From Phallusia mammillata (lineage: Eukaryota), in assembly GCA_965637545.1 (NCBI GenBank), contig OZ281495.1, positions 14,818,001 through 14,882,000 on the forward strand: a stretch of DNA of 64,000 nucleotides. Direction: 5' to 3'. Numbering within the stretch: position 1 is the first letter of the stretch; each line of letters starts with the position of its first letter. The notes beneath the pieces are model-generated. The model was given only the letters and a program-made list of their open reading frames with translations, did no database searches and had not been told where the DNA came from. This document shows, piece by piece, positions 24,001-38,300 of the stretch. A program made the translations under genes and the position numbers.

Positions 24001-27000
24001 CAAAAGGACAAGAGTGACTGACCAGTGCCCTCTGCCACTTGGCTTAGGCTCCAGACACAGACAAGAAGCACAGCGCAGCTTAAAACCATTGATTATAGTT
24101 TTACCATAGATGGCAGCGCGCTGAGCGTAACTGTGTAAATTGTCACATTCGCAATGCAACTTGCCGATACATTGAGAAGATACACTAAACCGTATTGCAG
24201 AGCAGATAGAAAATGTGAGTCCGTTTGTTTTTAATGCGTTCGGTTATATTTTTAAGGGTTGTGTGACTGTGTTGTGCTTTTTTTAATTGTGTACGTTGTA
24301 AAATTTGGAGCATTATTAACGACAATTGCACATTTTGCGCTTCAAAACACATAAGTCAGTATTTTTCTAAGGCAATAAAACTAGAAAAAGATAAATAATT
24401 GGTTGTAATAGTGCGTGTTTTGCAAGCTTTTCGTTCTCAGATTGGTTTTACTCTATAGCACAACAAAATGTAAACACTTTAGTTGAAAACCATTTTTCCG
24501 TTTTGCTTGCGGAATTACGAAACGTTTTGCTGACACAAATGAATTTGAAGACTCAAAGTTCAGAAACAGTGTCCAAACGCATGATTTAAGCGTTATAACA
24601 AATTTTAATGGATAGAAAGCAAAATATTTCTTTTGGTAAAAGACTTAATAAAACGACCAACATACGACATTAATACGTTAATCAAATGTAGCCATAGTCG
24701 TATGAACGGAGAATCTCCGTATAGGCGACTGTTATTTTAAGAAGATATATTTGGGCACTCTGGAAAATACCAAAGATAGGAACTCGCGACCGCAAGGTTG
24801 CATGCAAAGATTGGTGCGTATGTTGGTCCATGCTGTAAGCTGCCTGGCTTTCTTTGTTTAAAACCACATGGCATTGTGTTGTCGTCAGCAAAGCGTCGGT
24901 TACGGCGGCTTTTCAAAAAACATTGATTGGGCCGCACGATGTCGAACATTGGCTGGAAACTCTGTCGGTTTGCGGGCCCCGTTTTAACGCTACAATAGCG
25001 TGCAAAATTTCGCCAAGCCGCAAACATTTGCTTGCTATTGGATCGGGAGCATTCTGCATCATTGTCAAAGGCACTCAATGTATACAAATATATAGTCTTG
25101 CTCAGGTCGGCCGTGTTGCGTCTAGGGCGGCATGTGGCTTCGTGACTCGCGGTCAGGGGTTTCTGGCCAGCATTGTGCGTCTTTGCGGCCAGATATCAGA
25201 TTCCTGCAAGTTGCATTCAGATGCGTATCGCGAGGACAGGTCTGCTATACCAGGTTAAGTCTCTAATTGCTTTACAAGCGAGACGGCACAATTTGATATT
25301 TAACGTCGCTCCGATCGAACGCAAAGTTTGTTGAAACAAAACAAAAAAATGTAATTGTTTTGCATTTAAAATGTTTAACAAAAACCAAACTTTTTTATGT
25401 ATTTTCTACGTTCAAAATGCAGTGTTACTTGTTAGAATGAATGGAAAGTGTTTTTGAGGAATTGCGCACGATAACCACACATTTTGGTGTACCAAACAAA
25501 CTTTTTAAGTTTTTTGCTGAGAATAGGAATACGTTTTTTTTAATTGTGTTGTTTATTATGCAGTTGTGATATATCATGTCTCAATTCTAAGCATTAGTAT
25601 GTATGCATGATAAATAGTAGAAATTATACTCTGTGCATGAATGTGCATGAAAGCGTGCTATAAAGACTTGCTTGTCAGTTTACATTTGGAAAACCTTGTG
25701 TGGATTATTTTTATTTTGTTTTTATGTTTTTCATAAAACCTAATTGTCGATCGTGGTGATATTAGCGGAAGGGGAGTTTAAATAACAAATGTTAAATTTG
25801 TTTCAAATAAAGTTATGCACAAAAATAATTGTTGTTACGTCACGATTTAAATAACACAAAAATAATTTTCTTTACATTTTAAAAAAATACCTAAGAGGCA
25901 CAACATACAGCATAAATATTAAACGAGCACCTCTTACACCAAGAATTGTTGCAAAAATAAAACAACCGAACTTTCCGTAGGCCTACATCTTTGTCAACTT
26001 ATTATGAATTTAATACAGTTAAGTAATGGTTAAAGATATGACAAATACCACAAAAACGATCCACACGAACACAGGTGTCATGGTCGGGCAAATAATAAAG
26101 TAAAATCTGAAACTCGATATCAAAGGGATTTTGAACCTTTCTCGTAAAATACATCAAACCTTGTGGGTGCCTAAAAGTCAAATTTTAAAACGATCATAAA
26201 CGCCTTATATAAGTGTACTTCATTGTACTTCTAAATTTATTGAGCCTGTCCGTGTAACGTTCTGGTAGGTCAATAACTGTACAATTTAACCGACGCAATA
26301 GGACTCTAGTTGAAATATTCAAGCATAAATTCACATTATCAAAAATAGCCAAGAGATGAATTGGATCAAAACCCGTTGATATAATTTTTTTTTATTATCA
26401 TTTATAAATTTGATTTTCACAAAAACAATTGTGCAACGTAATTTTGTTTCCGTGTCCAAAAAGCGCATTGCGAATGCATTTCAGTCCTAATAACTACACA
26501 TTTATTTAACTACATGCTTGTCAGTAAGCAATATTGCCTAGTCATAACTTATAAGTTACAGGGGCAAAAATTTTTTAATGGCATCTGTGGTACAAAGGTC
26601 GTTGCAAATTAAACACTTTAGGTGCTTGCTATTCTTCGGTATACACCGTAGTGTTATTAACGATTAACCACCCTTTTGAGGTCATCAACTTACTGTAATC
26701 TGTTTTGGCGCAAGAACAGCGCGAATGATAACGCCACAAGCAATGCTGCGGTGTAGGTGAGGCGGTCACGACTATAGAAACTGGTTGAAATTTGAATACA
26801 AACAACCGCTTGATGCCGCATATCCGTTCTACCATTCGCTGCATAAAATGGCGGAATGTGTTTTGCAAATATCACTACTTGGTAGGTATCAGAAACCGGC
26901 GTGCAGCGCAGCTAATCGAATCCATGTTTAAGCGCATTATTCCCACCCATCCCTGTTGCTTCCGTCCTGCTTTATGCCCAAGAATGGGAATGCAGCGACC

Positions 27001-30000
27001 ACGCGTTGGCCACAGGTGCCTTGCACAATCGACCGCCAGTTTTAAGCCGCTCGGAAAACGTGTTGCTACACGAGTTCCTTCACACGTCTTTGCAGGGTCT
27101 TACGGACTCGGCGCTAATTTCCCGCGGCCTGCAGAACCCGCCTATGTTAATGAATTGGTCCGATTAGCTCTCTAATCTGCGTATTTTTGCTACTTTGCAC
27201 TGTCGGACGTGGCGGCTTTTTTCCGCCAGTCGACTTCACAATTAGTAAACAATCATCCGGATGCCACAAATCACGCCGGCATATTCATCAATACATATTA
27301 GGTGATTGGTAAAATACAGCGTGTGTATACAGTACATTCGCGGTGTCATTGCTGCCGGCAGACAACCAATTTCGGAATCAAATGAGGCTGTGTTATTTGT
27401 ATCATCATCATTCTTGACTTTTCATGTCGCTCAATTTAATTTCAGCATTTAAATTTAAGACGCTTCCTGGAACGAATACCTGAGATTTTTGAATCTGTAT
27501 TTGTGCGTAAGCTTGTTTTTCATTCAAGATGTTTCACCCGCGGTAGTGTTTGGCACCATGTTGGAAAGTGCATGTTTACTGTCCTGCAGTGAAGTACGTT
27601 TAGCAATAGATTTATATTTGTCGCTGCAGTCATCAAAAATCATTTAAAGCGAAACCAATACAACTCGATAAAAAAACGTATAGATCGCTATACATGACAC
27701 ACCCACGGCAGGAAATGCAAAAATAACCTTTCCCCGCCCTCTCTTGGCGTTCCGGAGCTCGGCGAAATGGGATCAGCGCTCGCACAATTAACTAGATGCC
27801 TATATCTTGTTGTGGCCATTGTGCGACACGAGACCGAACATTGTCGCTCTTGTAAGGGCTGACACCAGATCACCAGTAACCCGAGCGCCTTCAAAACCCA
27901 TGCCCCGACCAGTTTCGCTCAGCCGAGGTGCTGTTTCCATTGTGGCCGCTAGGTGAGGGGGTCGAGGACAGACGAATCTGCGCCCTCGAGGAGATATTGT
28001 TCCGTCATATCTCCTTGTATCGTTATTAATATGCGATATGTGTTACTGTCCTGTTGTAGGTCGCTAGGGGAGAGGGCGATGTCTAGAATGCAGCAGTTCG
28101 CCCGGCGAGGTCATTCTTGAAGTAAGTGCTGGTAAACAGAACGCAGAATCTTCGCCGCTTCGGCACGCCAGCGATTTTCAAAGGTTTGTGGTCTGTGCGA
28201 CCAATTGTTTCTGCGTTACGTCAGCAACGAGTTTTGAACAAGCTTTGAACATATGTATAGTATAATAATTCGGGCCGAAATAGATTTAAGGCGAAGTGAT
28301 GATGGTCGGTTTTTGCGTTTTAAATCAAGTAGAATATGTGCCCTTTGTTAATAGAAAAGCGGTATGAATGCGGTTTCGTTTATTTCAATGTGATTTCACA
28401 AATTTTTACATGGAATCTTTTTTCGCAAGATTTGCTTCAGCAATAAAAATAGCCAAATACACTGTAGGCCAACATGCGCATAGTTGTTGGGCAACGCGTG
28501 CAAAACTACATTTACCCTTTGAACTTGTTTAAACAGTGAGATCGCCGCGTCGCGAGACACTGTTGGTTTAATGTGTTCCCTTATATCGACATAAGATTAC
28601 GATACAGGACAAACTGACTGTATCAAAATTTCAGCCTAACCTTTAACGAAGGATAGGGTCTGAAATAGACCAAAATTAAGAAACATTGACTCTGTTTTTG
28701 AAGTTATTTTTGCAGTTCCAAAAGCCATCTATAGGCAGTAAGCTTTATGTCGCTGTGGGCAGAGAGTAGGGTCCCAAAAATTACGTGTTACATTTACCTT
28801 GAATGGGAAGATTGTTGCTACAGTATTTCTTGTTACGCGAAATTGAAAAGACAAAACAAAATGGTGAAGGTATACAGTAACTGGCGAATAATAGATATTG
28901 TTTGTTGTAACAACACCTATTTCATTTGGTAAAGCGAATTAGCAAATTAATGTTTCGCAGTCGTTGATACGTTTTAACTTGGGCATCACTGAGTATAGTT
29001 ACAACCCTAAAATACAATGCAGAATTATCTGTGTGAAACAAATTGTCAGCCAGTTATATACTTTTGCAGCAGTCGAAAAGTGGGTCTTAAAAAATCGCTT
29101 AGTACCTGGAACACAACATCACTGAGGCATGGGGTGTCATTTTACCCCTGGGTTGGCTCCACGTACGTAAGGAGTCGTGCCGTGTTCAAGGGCTTGTTGA
29201 GTTACAAAACAATCCGTCGTCCGACGACAATGCGCCGTTTTGTGCCGCCCGGGTCGTTTGTTTGTGCCTTGACTTTGACTCGTTGCGAAACCCCCAAACC
29301 CCAGGCCCTAAGTTTGGGGTAAAGCGCGTTTGCATGGCGTGAAGCAGTTTGATGCTGATTAGTTGCCGTTGCGTCCTTCAAAAATATTTCCCAAATTCTT
29401 TCGCTGTTGGCTGTGTTATCTCGCCGCACGCGATTTTCGTCAGCATAGGTCTATAAGCAAAATTTATGACTTCAAATCGAGGTAACGTTTAATGCCGATA
29501 TACATCGTTTAAAAACGTTTACCTTACCTATATAAACCATGGGGCATTTGTTCAAAATTTGGAACGAAGCGGCCCGTAACGCCAAGTGTTCGGTCAAATC
29601 TAGTCGAGATCAGCAGACCGCTGGCTAATCCGTAAAAAAGAGGGAAGACCGTCACCGTAAACTTGGGAAGGGGTCTACAGTTTCCCGGTGCGCCTGAAAC
29701 AACAGATAAGGCATTGTTGCATCACTGATAAGCGCAACGGCGATTGGTTGGGCTCGATTCAAATGTTGCGTGACGTCTCGCCCAACTTCTGACCGAGACG
29801 CGAGTCCCAGGTCAGCGAGACTGGGGAGGAGGGGATGGAGGATCAGGTTCAGAATTCTCTCACGTCGCAGTCCAGCCGGCTGGACAGTGTGACGTCAGAG
29901 ATGGTCATGCTCTGTCCGACGAACGTGACCATAGCGCCGTCTGGCTACTGTGGCGATTTTGAAGCTGTTTGTTTGGTTTTTAGAAACTATGTACATCCCC

Positions 30001-33000
30001 CAAACAGGGTGTTCACCGCATTTTCCTAATTTCAAATTGTATTGTTTACTTATTTGAAGATAACAAGATCACAGAAACAACGCTGCCTTTAAACACTCAA
30101 GTTAGTTACTTGTAGCGGTTGTAAGACCAAGTAGTATTTTAGACGAAAATCCAAAAGAAGTCCATTTGTAAAATAGAATATTTTATTGCGGTTAGTATTT
30201 TTTAGGAATACGTTGATTCATATCAATACTACTCAGCAGATGTGGTAGACTGACTTATTATGGAGTTTAGCGTGACCAGGGATTGAAACATGTCATTCTT
30301 TAACGAGGTGCTACACAGCATGTTGACAAAGCAAACAGTAAACTGTGCAATCAAGTCGGAGTAGTTGTTAATTCTCCAGCAAGATTTTCTGGTTAACGAT
30401 TTTAAGTTTGTGTGTGGTTTACTAAAAGCGAGTGGTTGGGCTGTGATACGTTTCGTGCAATATTTAAACATATCCTACAGGCCCTACAAGTTTGTATATG
30501 GGCCAATGTTTTGGTTCACACGTTTCAGCGAAAACTATATATATTACAGCCATGGGAACTAAATTTTACCGAAATAAACACCCACCGTCACTTTTCCTTT
30601 GTTATAACAACCTATACGCTTAGCCGGAAAACCCACATCTCACTGACCAGTTGGTGCCGACGCCAATATAGTCACTTAGCGGTACACTTGTTCTACAGGG
30701 AATACAGCGGAACTGGTGAGCCGCAGCAAATGGTCACAACAGAATCTTTAAACCGTAGCCCTAATGTGCATGTTTAATGTATATTGAAAACGAGTGATAC
30801 TTAAATAATTACTTTGGATTTGGCAGCCAATAAAACAATGTACACGCATCCCTAAGGTTTAGTAAAAATCCTATTATTGCCTACAATTGTAACAGTTGGC
30901 TAAAACAAAAATCGCTAGATTAATGTCACCTTACCAACAAACCTAAATTTCAAATCTGGTAAAATGAACGACCGCTGTCGCAAATATCTTGTGGTACTTT
31001 AATTGCCTGCGTAAAAGTAGGAGTTCCTATGTAACAAAAAGGTCGTTAGATCAAATGACAAGGTGGTCTACAAATCAAAGACTAAACCTACACCACAAAT
31101 GTTTATTACGAAACTGAATGCTTTTAATAATTATTTTAATGATCAGCAGTAAAGGGACAAGTGCACACTAACTTATTCGCTGTTTCTTTTAATCTGCCGT
31201 CAAAGCCTAAATTCCTAAAACATGAAACTTTAATGGAATTCGTTGCGTAACAAACGCTTTTCACTCACGAACAACGTATTTGTTTAGAAAACAATACGGA
31301 AAGACGTTCAGTTCTCTGTTTTTAACTTGGAAATTTCGCACGCAAGATATTTTGTGAGTCTAATCGTCCAATTTTAGCGTTATTCTTTGACCGATGGTCG
31401 AAACGAATTTGTAAACTGAAATGAATTAGGGTGATGAATATAACCTTCATCAACATATTTGAACTTGTGTTTACGGCCTCTGATCAAATTCTTGCAAACA
31501 ACCAGTAAAAAATGGCGAAAATGCCTTAAAATAGCACCAGCTAGAAAATGGAGAATCGGACAGCGACGGTGCGAATGCGTTCTCCACTTCGGCATAGTTG
31601 GCGGTAAACAAGAGTTAACGCCCGGGCAAAGCTTGAGTCACGGCATAACGATGTTGGGCATCCCGCAAACGAAAATGTCACGTGCCTAATCAATAATAAA
31701 GCCTGGGGGCCTGGCCGCTACGCCGAGGTCGTTTTCCCGAAACCCGAGACGCCAAAAAACAGTGGTTTTAACGGGCGCCCAGAACGGCAACATTTCGAGT
31801 TGTTTGTCACTTAAATATTGAGTTCTCACTTCGCCGAGCATAGAATATTGCGGCGCTTGTCAAAACTTTATCTGATAGCTCTGTAATTACGGTATCTAGA
31901 CCATCTGGACAAAAGCACCCCAAGCGCACGTGCAACAGATCCAACAGACCCTCGCCCGTCAAAACTTTACGACATATGCGACGAGCCGAGCTGATCCGGG
32001 CAATATACGACCCACGTCGGCGTTGAGCCTCGACGGATTATCGAGTTTTATCTGCTGGGCCGCTCAAATCCGACCCCATCCCGTCAAGTCGAGGCGAAAG
32101 CAAAAATCGCTCAAAGTGTTACGAAAGTGAGAACATAGAACTTGAAAGTTGCACATGAAAGACTTGTGCGTTGTTCGGGTGTTTAGCGTGGCTTTTTTGG
32201 GACCGGGTGTTAGGATAAGCTCAAAAGCCTACGCGCAGCTCCGCGAGAGTTGAGACCTAAATTGTCGATTTCGATACAATTCGCTTATGTGTGGCAAAGC
32301 GGCATGCCGTTCAACATATTTCATTTCTCATGTGTGTGTGTTTTGCGTTCATAATACACAAACTTTTAACGCATGTGCACTCGTATGAACCACATAAACT
32401 TTTTAGCCACTACTGGCGGTATTGCGCCAGTTGCTATAGAGATCAATATGTAGTTTCATGCTGTCTTCTTTAAATCCCAAATGCGTACGTGCAATAATAC
32501 CAGACATATTTCAGTTTATCGGGATTCTGTTATTTCAACATATATCTCAGGTTACAATTTATTGCGCTTCTCAAAAAAGGTGCAAATTGATGCGTAATTT
32601 CCTACTACGACAATAAACATTTTACACTAACAGAGGGCAAATCACATTTTTTCTCAGAACCGTATTCGCGGGAACTTACGTGCAACTAAACAGCGTTGAC
32701 TGTCAACAAGTCTTCTTGGCTATTAATACCCATTACGCTGTTTTGGAACTGCTCTTCAAATAGAGGAGTTACATATAATCGTTGACCTGTGGGTAAGGTT
32801 GCGGTTGGGTAACGGCATTTGTATGCTTATAAGCGGGAATGAAACGTGCTAAATTGAGATTTTTGAATTTCTAATTGTTTCAATTTCATGGTATAATCAT
32901 CCGAATTTTGAATGGTGAACTGTAGGTCAGGTAAAACCACAATGGAAATTATGACACTTGATGTGGTATTTTCATATCGCTTATATGCGAATATGTTTTG

Positions 33001-34459
33001 TTGGTGTCTATTAATAACCAACTGACGTCAATTGCATTTGTGATGCAAAGCCGAGTGATCATGACATTCATTTGTACGCAAATTTGGGCCTTAATTCGAT
33101 TTTGGCTAAACTTATGACTTTTGGTGGCATAAACATTACAATTATTTTTGATGCATGAGACATATAGTATTTCGACGTACGCGTTTTTTTTTTCAAATAA
33201 CAAAACAAGAGCCAAGTGTATTTGTATGACAAGATTCCTTTAAATGTTATTTCTTGCCACAACATGCGTTGCTCTTCCAACGCCAAAATACTTGGGAAAA
33301 TATTTTTATCGTGTGACTAAATCGCTTACGGCGCTGAGAACCAAAGTTTTGGAAACGTAAGGTATCTTACAAATTATGTTGTAGGTTTTGGGAAAGAATC
33401 AAAAGACAAAATCGACCACATTTCCGCATAATTTTTTTTCTAATTTCTCATACACAACCACGCAGATTGACATTAAAAAGACGTGCTACTTTTTTCCAAA
33501 ACCAGATTGTGTATTAAAAGGTCTTCTGTTATCTTTTATAACAAGCTTGCAGTGTTTCCCATGCACTATAGTTGGGGATGATGCGATTAAACTTTAAATT
33601 AACCAAACTTAAAAATATCTCTCTTGTCTGGTTCGCTGTTTGTCATCTGCCGCTGATGCGATACGGCAGACTAAATGGATTTCGCAAGTAGTATGGAATT
33701 AAACGAGCTTCTTTAAGCCAAGCTAGACAACCAATATTATATTACACAAAATTGTTGCAGTTCTATGCAATACGTTCGTTCAGGAATCGGTTTTAGGCAT
33801 TACAACATATGATAAACAGTTATAGTGTCTTCCAGGTCAATGCGGTATGAGCAAATAAGTATGAGCATGTCGTAGTTATTACTGCACAACCAAGTTCACG
33901 GGCCCACGGCCAACTCTCCTGACTATTAGGTCGGTTTATCGCGACCTTCATGTGCAAGGTTATGAAATGTTGCGGCTGTCGACGGAAGATGATTGGCAAC
34001 GCAGTATAGTTCATAACTTCACTTCGCCGAGTTGCAAAGACTAATTGCGTTTTATTGGCAAATAGATGCTTATGCATGGTTATTTTTACGCAACAAGCAA
34101 TATGGTTACACTTTTATAGCGTAGTGCCGTAAACCCGACTAAAAACTTTATTTGGGACAAAAAGTATTTTATTTTTGCGGACGGTACAGTTGTTCGTTGG
34201 CAGCATTGGTATTTCTAACGGCAAGCGAAAATGTGGGACACGATGTTTTGCTTAAGCCAAAAGGTGGGCACATTTTGCAAAATACCAAGTTGAAGTGAAA
34301 ACTCTAAGCCTAAATGCTACGTAAGGTCAACATCACACATGCGGTAATTTTTGGTGCGTCTTCACGTGTTTAGCATTTTGTAATTTAGCATTCTGTCATT
34401 TGTAGAAAAAATTTGTACATAGCGTTCACGCCAAAGCAACGCATTACTTCTAAACTATC

Positions 34460-35322
34460 TGGTGATAGGCGCGGCACAGGTTTTAAAAGGGCCCTTTGCG
34501 TCACAAAGCCCAGGAGATTAAAGTAGTTAGCAGTATACGCACGTAGTCAGTGGCATAACCACTGCTTGTCGCAGTTTGTTTACGTTTATGTGCGCTGACC
34601 AACAGGATCGAACATCAGCCCTTTTCGATGTGGGGGCTCTGCTCGTTTTTCCCCTGACTCGCCATTTGCCTTTCTCTTGCATTCTCTCACTTGCCTCCGC
34701 GGCACTTCTTTTCGCCGCTTGCCTACTCTAGCGCTCTTCGTTGGATGTCGGTTAGAGTGGTGTGGCAGGTCGAACTTGACGGCTGCGGACAGTCGCCTCT
34801 GTATTTTGGAGGTCACAACTGTTGCAACTTGGTTTATTTTGCAGGAGCTCATAGGTTAAGGGCATATTTCGCAGGCCGTCAGGCAGTTTTGCGAATTCCC
34901 AGTTGATTTTTGTAGCAAATAAGAGCTCGACGACTTCTAAAAAATTGCCGCTAGAAAAATTGATTTTGAACCGATGTAACGCAGGAATATTATTACAACG
35001 TCAGATGGAATTACGCCTACAAGGCTATTTTTTGTAAAAGGTTCGTGTAAATAATTTTAAATAAACTTAAAATAATTGAACGGTCACAAATTTGCAACTA
35101 TAAGTTAAACTTATGTTAAAATATTTTCGTACAAATTTGTTTCAATGCTCTGTTCTTTCGTATTTTAAATCTAACAGATTGCATGCTTTATTTTATGTTT
35201 TCTTCACTTTGTCGGAACCGACATTCATCTGCTGAATATCCGTCGTGGATTTCCCGCCGACGCGCAACAAATCTTCCGATCCGAAATAGAAGCGAATCAA
35301 CCAATCCAGAACGCTGGCTACT
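34460..35322 (+). promoter_or_regulatory. Probable COUP-TF proximal promoter and 5'UTR region with splice acceptor at 35177
   Basis: CpG-rich block at 34460-34900 with TTTTAAAA (34481-34488), then an AT-rich stretch ending CTAACAG (35171-35177), 145 nt before the ATG. This could be a cis-splice or SL trans-splice acceptor. Confidence 0.35.
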
Positions 35323-38300
35323 ATGTCAATGGTCGTGAACTCGTGGCAGGACCCGACCCACCACACCCCTGATGACGTCACGGTTTTACCCCCAAACCAT
35401 GACCCGGTCACAAGCCCCCAGCTTTCAAACCTGGCCCAACCCCCGGGCCAACCGCCCCCTCAAATCCAGCACGCCCATCACCCAACGACACCCCATTCGG
35501 CCGGGCCCCCGCCGCCCCAGTTGCCGGACCCCGGACTTTCGGTGCCTCCACAAACCCCCACTACTCCTGGGACGGGGTCAGTTAGCGACGGAAGCAATGT
35601 AACTACTATTGGAGGGGGTGACTCTTGTCCGACAAGTCAGTCGCAACAACAAAACCAACAACTTCATACTTCGGGAAGTTCGGGCACGAGCAGTGAAAAA
35701 CCTCACATTGAATGCGTGGTAAGTACTTATATATATTTGTTTTCTAAATTACCATGTTCCATAGTGTTTACAAACAGCCTAGTGAATTTAGAAAGCCTAC
35801 AGAGGGCAAACGTTTGACAACAGTCGTCGAGGCCACCGAGGCACCTAATTTTACAAGTTTTGTTAGAAAATTACTATTATCATAATAGCGTACGAACTAT
35901 AGCGTGTTAAGCTTAAAATTGCCTGTGGTTTAAGGCAAATGTGACTAATTTGTAATTGTCTTGTTTCAATATGGCTACACAATATTTTCATGCAATAAAT
36001 TTGGGAATATCATTCAGATATTTAACAATGTTTCCCTTGATGTCAAAGTTTGTCATAAAAATGATCGTAAATCATAATCTAAGCAAGTTTTAGAACATGA
36101 AGTCCAAACTTTAAAAATTGTTTTTGTCACATAGTTAGTACTCCAAACATAACAAACCAGTGCTTTAGACGAGAAATCATTGCTGCAAATACGAACGTTT
36201 TTTTGCCGAACGCTTGTTATCGTTTTTCGGACGGACGCCATTTTGCCGTTTCTGGCCAAAAAATCGCTTTGCAACTGCATCGTTCAATTTCCCCGCGCCG
36301 TGGAAAAAACGTCGCCAAAGCGTTATGCAAAAACTTGACTGGCGACGCTTGTCCGAATAAGAGCATAATAAGTTGTGTTTAACGGGTCATTTGGCGGTCA
36401 TGTTTTATGGCTTTCCAGTCAATGTTCAGGACTCGTGAACTGTTATTACCACATTGACAGTAAACCTTACAACGGACTAACTGGCGGATATAAAAAATGA
36501 TGTTAGCGTTTCCTGGTAGCACGTCGATGGACTACAGTCCTAGAACGAAGGTATTATATGTTTATGGCGTGACAAAGGCACAAAGTATCGAATTCGGTGA
36601 AATTAAGATCGTGCCCAGAATCGAAGAGGTCACCTTTCTGTTTGACAGAGTTCGCACCTTGATAAAAAATTCACGTGATTCAACTTATATTTAGGATCGA
36701 CCAATAAAGTAGCAAACAGGAGCAATGCTTTGCACATTCTCGCAAATAAAACTCTGCTCTTAAACGACGTTTCATTACCCCTCTTTCGAACTTTTAAACT
36801 CCACACCTGCGTTGTTACGAGCTTTTCAGTCTTTGATCATGAACATGTACGCCATAAAATTTGACCACATTCTTGTGATGTAAAACGGCCACCTGGAATT
36901 TGGTCTGGTTTACAAAAACAAATAGACTTCGTGATTCGCAAATTTTAGTTTCAAGTTGCATTTTGGGTAACTTTTTCATGCTATTCTTCCGATATGCATG
37001 CTGTGTAGTCGACACAGTTACTTTTTGCACTTTCATTTGCTTCCAGCAGAAAACATTTGCAAGTATATCGGAGAATATGAATGTTCCTCTTCGGATACAA
37101 TGCATTTTAGCTGCTAAGGCGTGTGCTATTCCAACAAAAACTCTTTTTAAGAGCAAAGGTCACGAGCCTCGTTACAACAAACATAATAGGGTATGGTATT
37201 TTCACCCATACTTCTAGTTTAAATGCTACCTGTCATGCGTTATGTCCTTTTAATAGTGCGAGCAAAAGTTCTTAAGGTCTTCCGTTTGGAGTTACGGGCC
37301 AAACAGGTCGATAGCTAATTTCAACAGGTCCTGTGCATATTGTAGCGACATGCACTGCAGCATTGATGCGTTCATGCCCGGCGAGTCAGCTAGCGTTGTC
37401 CGATGGTGTTGCGACAATTATTAGTTGATTAATATGCAAGATCGCGTAAAGTTGCATCGATTTTTGTCGTATCGATGTGGCGGATAAACGCCCATGACAA
37501 ACCAACAACTTGTGTTAAAATAACACATCACTTTATACCGCAATTTTACATCGAACATTACGTTTCGCACAAAGCTCTATAAGTATTTTCTTGTTTGTGT
37601 GGCCACTTAACGAAAATACTGTCTGTTTGATATGTGTGAGAGTTGCATTTCGCATTTATAACAGTTAGATTGAATCGTTTTGTCCCATTTATGAGAAAGA
37701 TGAACTTGCATCTTTTTAAAAATGGTAAACCAACACATCGTTTTGTTTAAGAAAGGCAATGACGCAAATACAAGATTCAGACGACATCCTTTGAATTTAA
37801 TATTTACGTCTAAAAAAACAAAAACTACCCTTTGTATGATGCTTCTTGCGTCCCCGGTGGATTTGTTGCGGCATTGGGCACTTGACAGTAAGATCGCGCA
37901 TTATCACAATCTAAAAACAGGAATTATAAACTGCAACATATGCACGTCGCTGTAATCTTCACTCTTTCTTCCCATCCAATTAAGAATTAAGGGGATTAAC
38001 GCAATGGGCTGATACACTAACAGTCTAAAAGCCGGTCGGCAATGTAGCGCCATTTTCGAGGCATTTCTGCAACTGCCAAAGCAGCACAACCACCGACGAC
38101 GCACAACCTATACGGTTACAAGTTTCAAGCGTCGGTTAAATGGTAGGTTTTGTGTCGAGGTCACGATGGGAAGATGATCTCCGATGCGGGCCAGGATTGG
38201 CGTTCAGCCTTGTGGTTGTGATTTGATAACGCCTCTAGTGAGCGAGATAAGAGCCTCGTGCAAAAATTGTCCCAAATATTTCGACTGTTGGTTGAAACCG

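Noticed and set aside
27987-28017. Short hairpins (27987-28017; also 48971-49004) as miRNA precursors
   Set aside because: Stems of 9-11 bp are too short and no known miRNA mature sequence was recognised.
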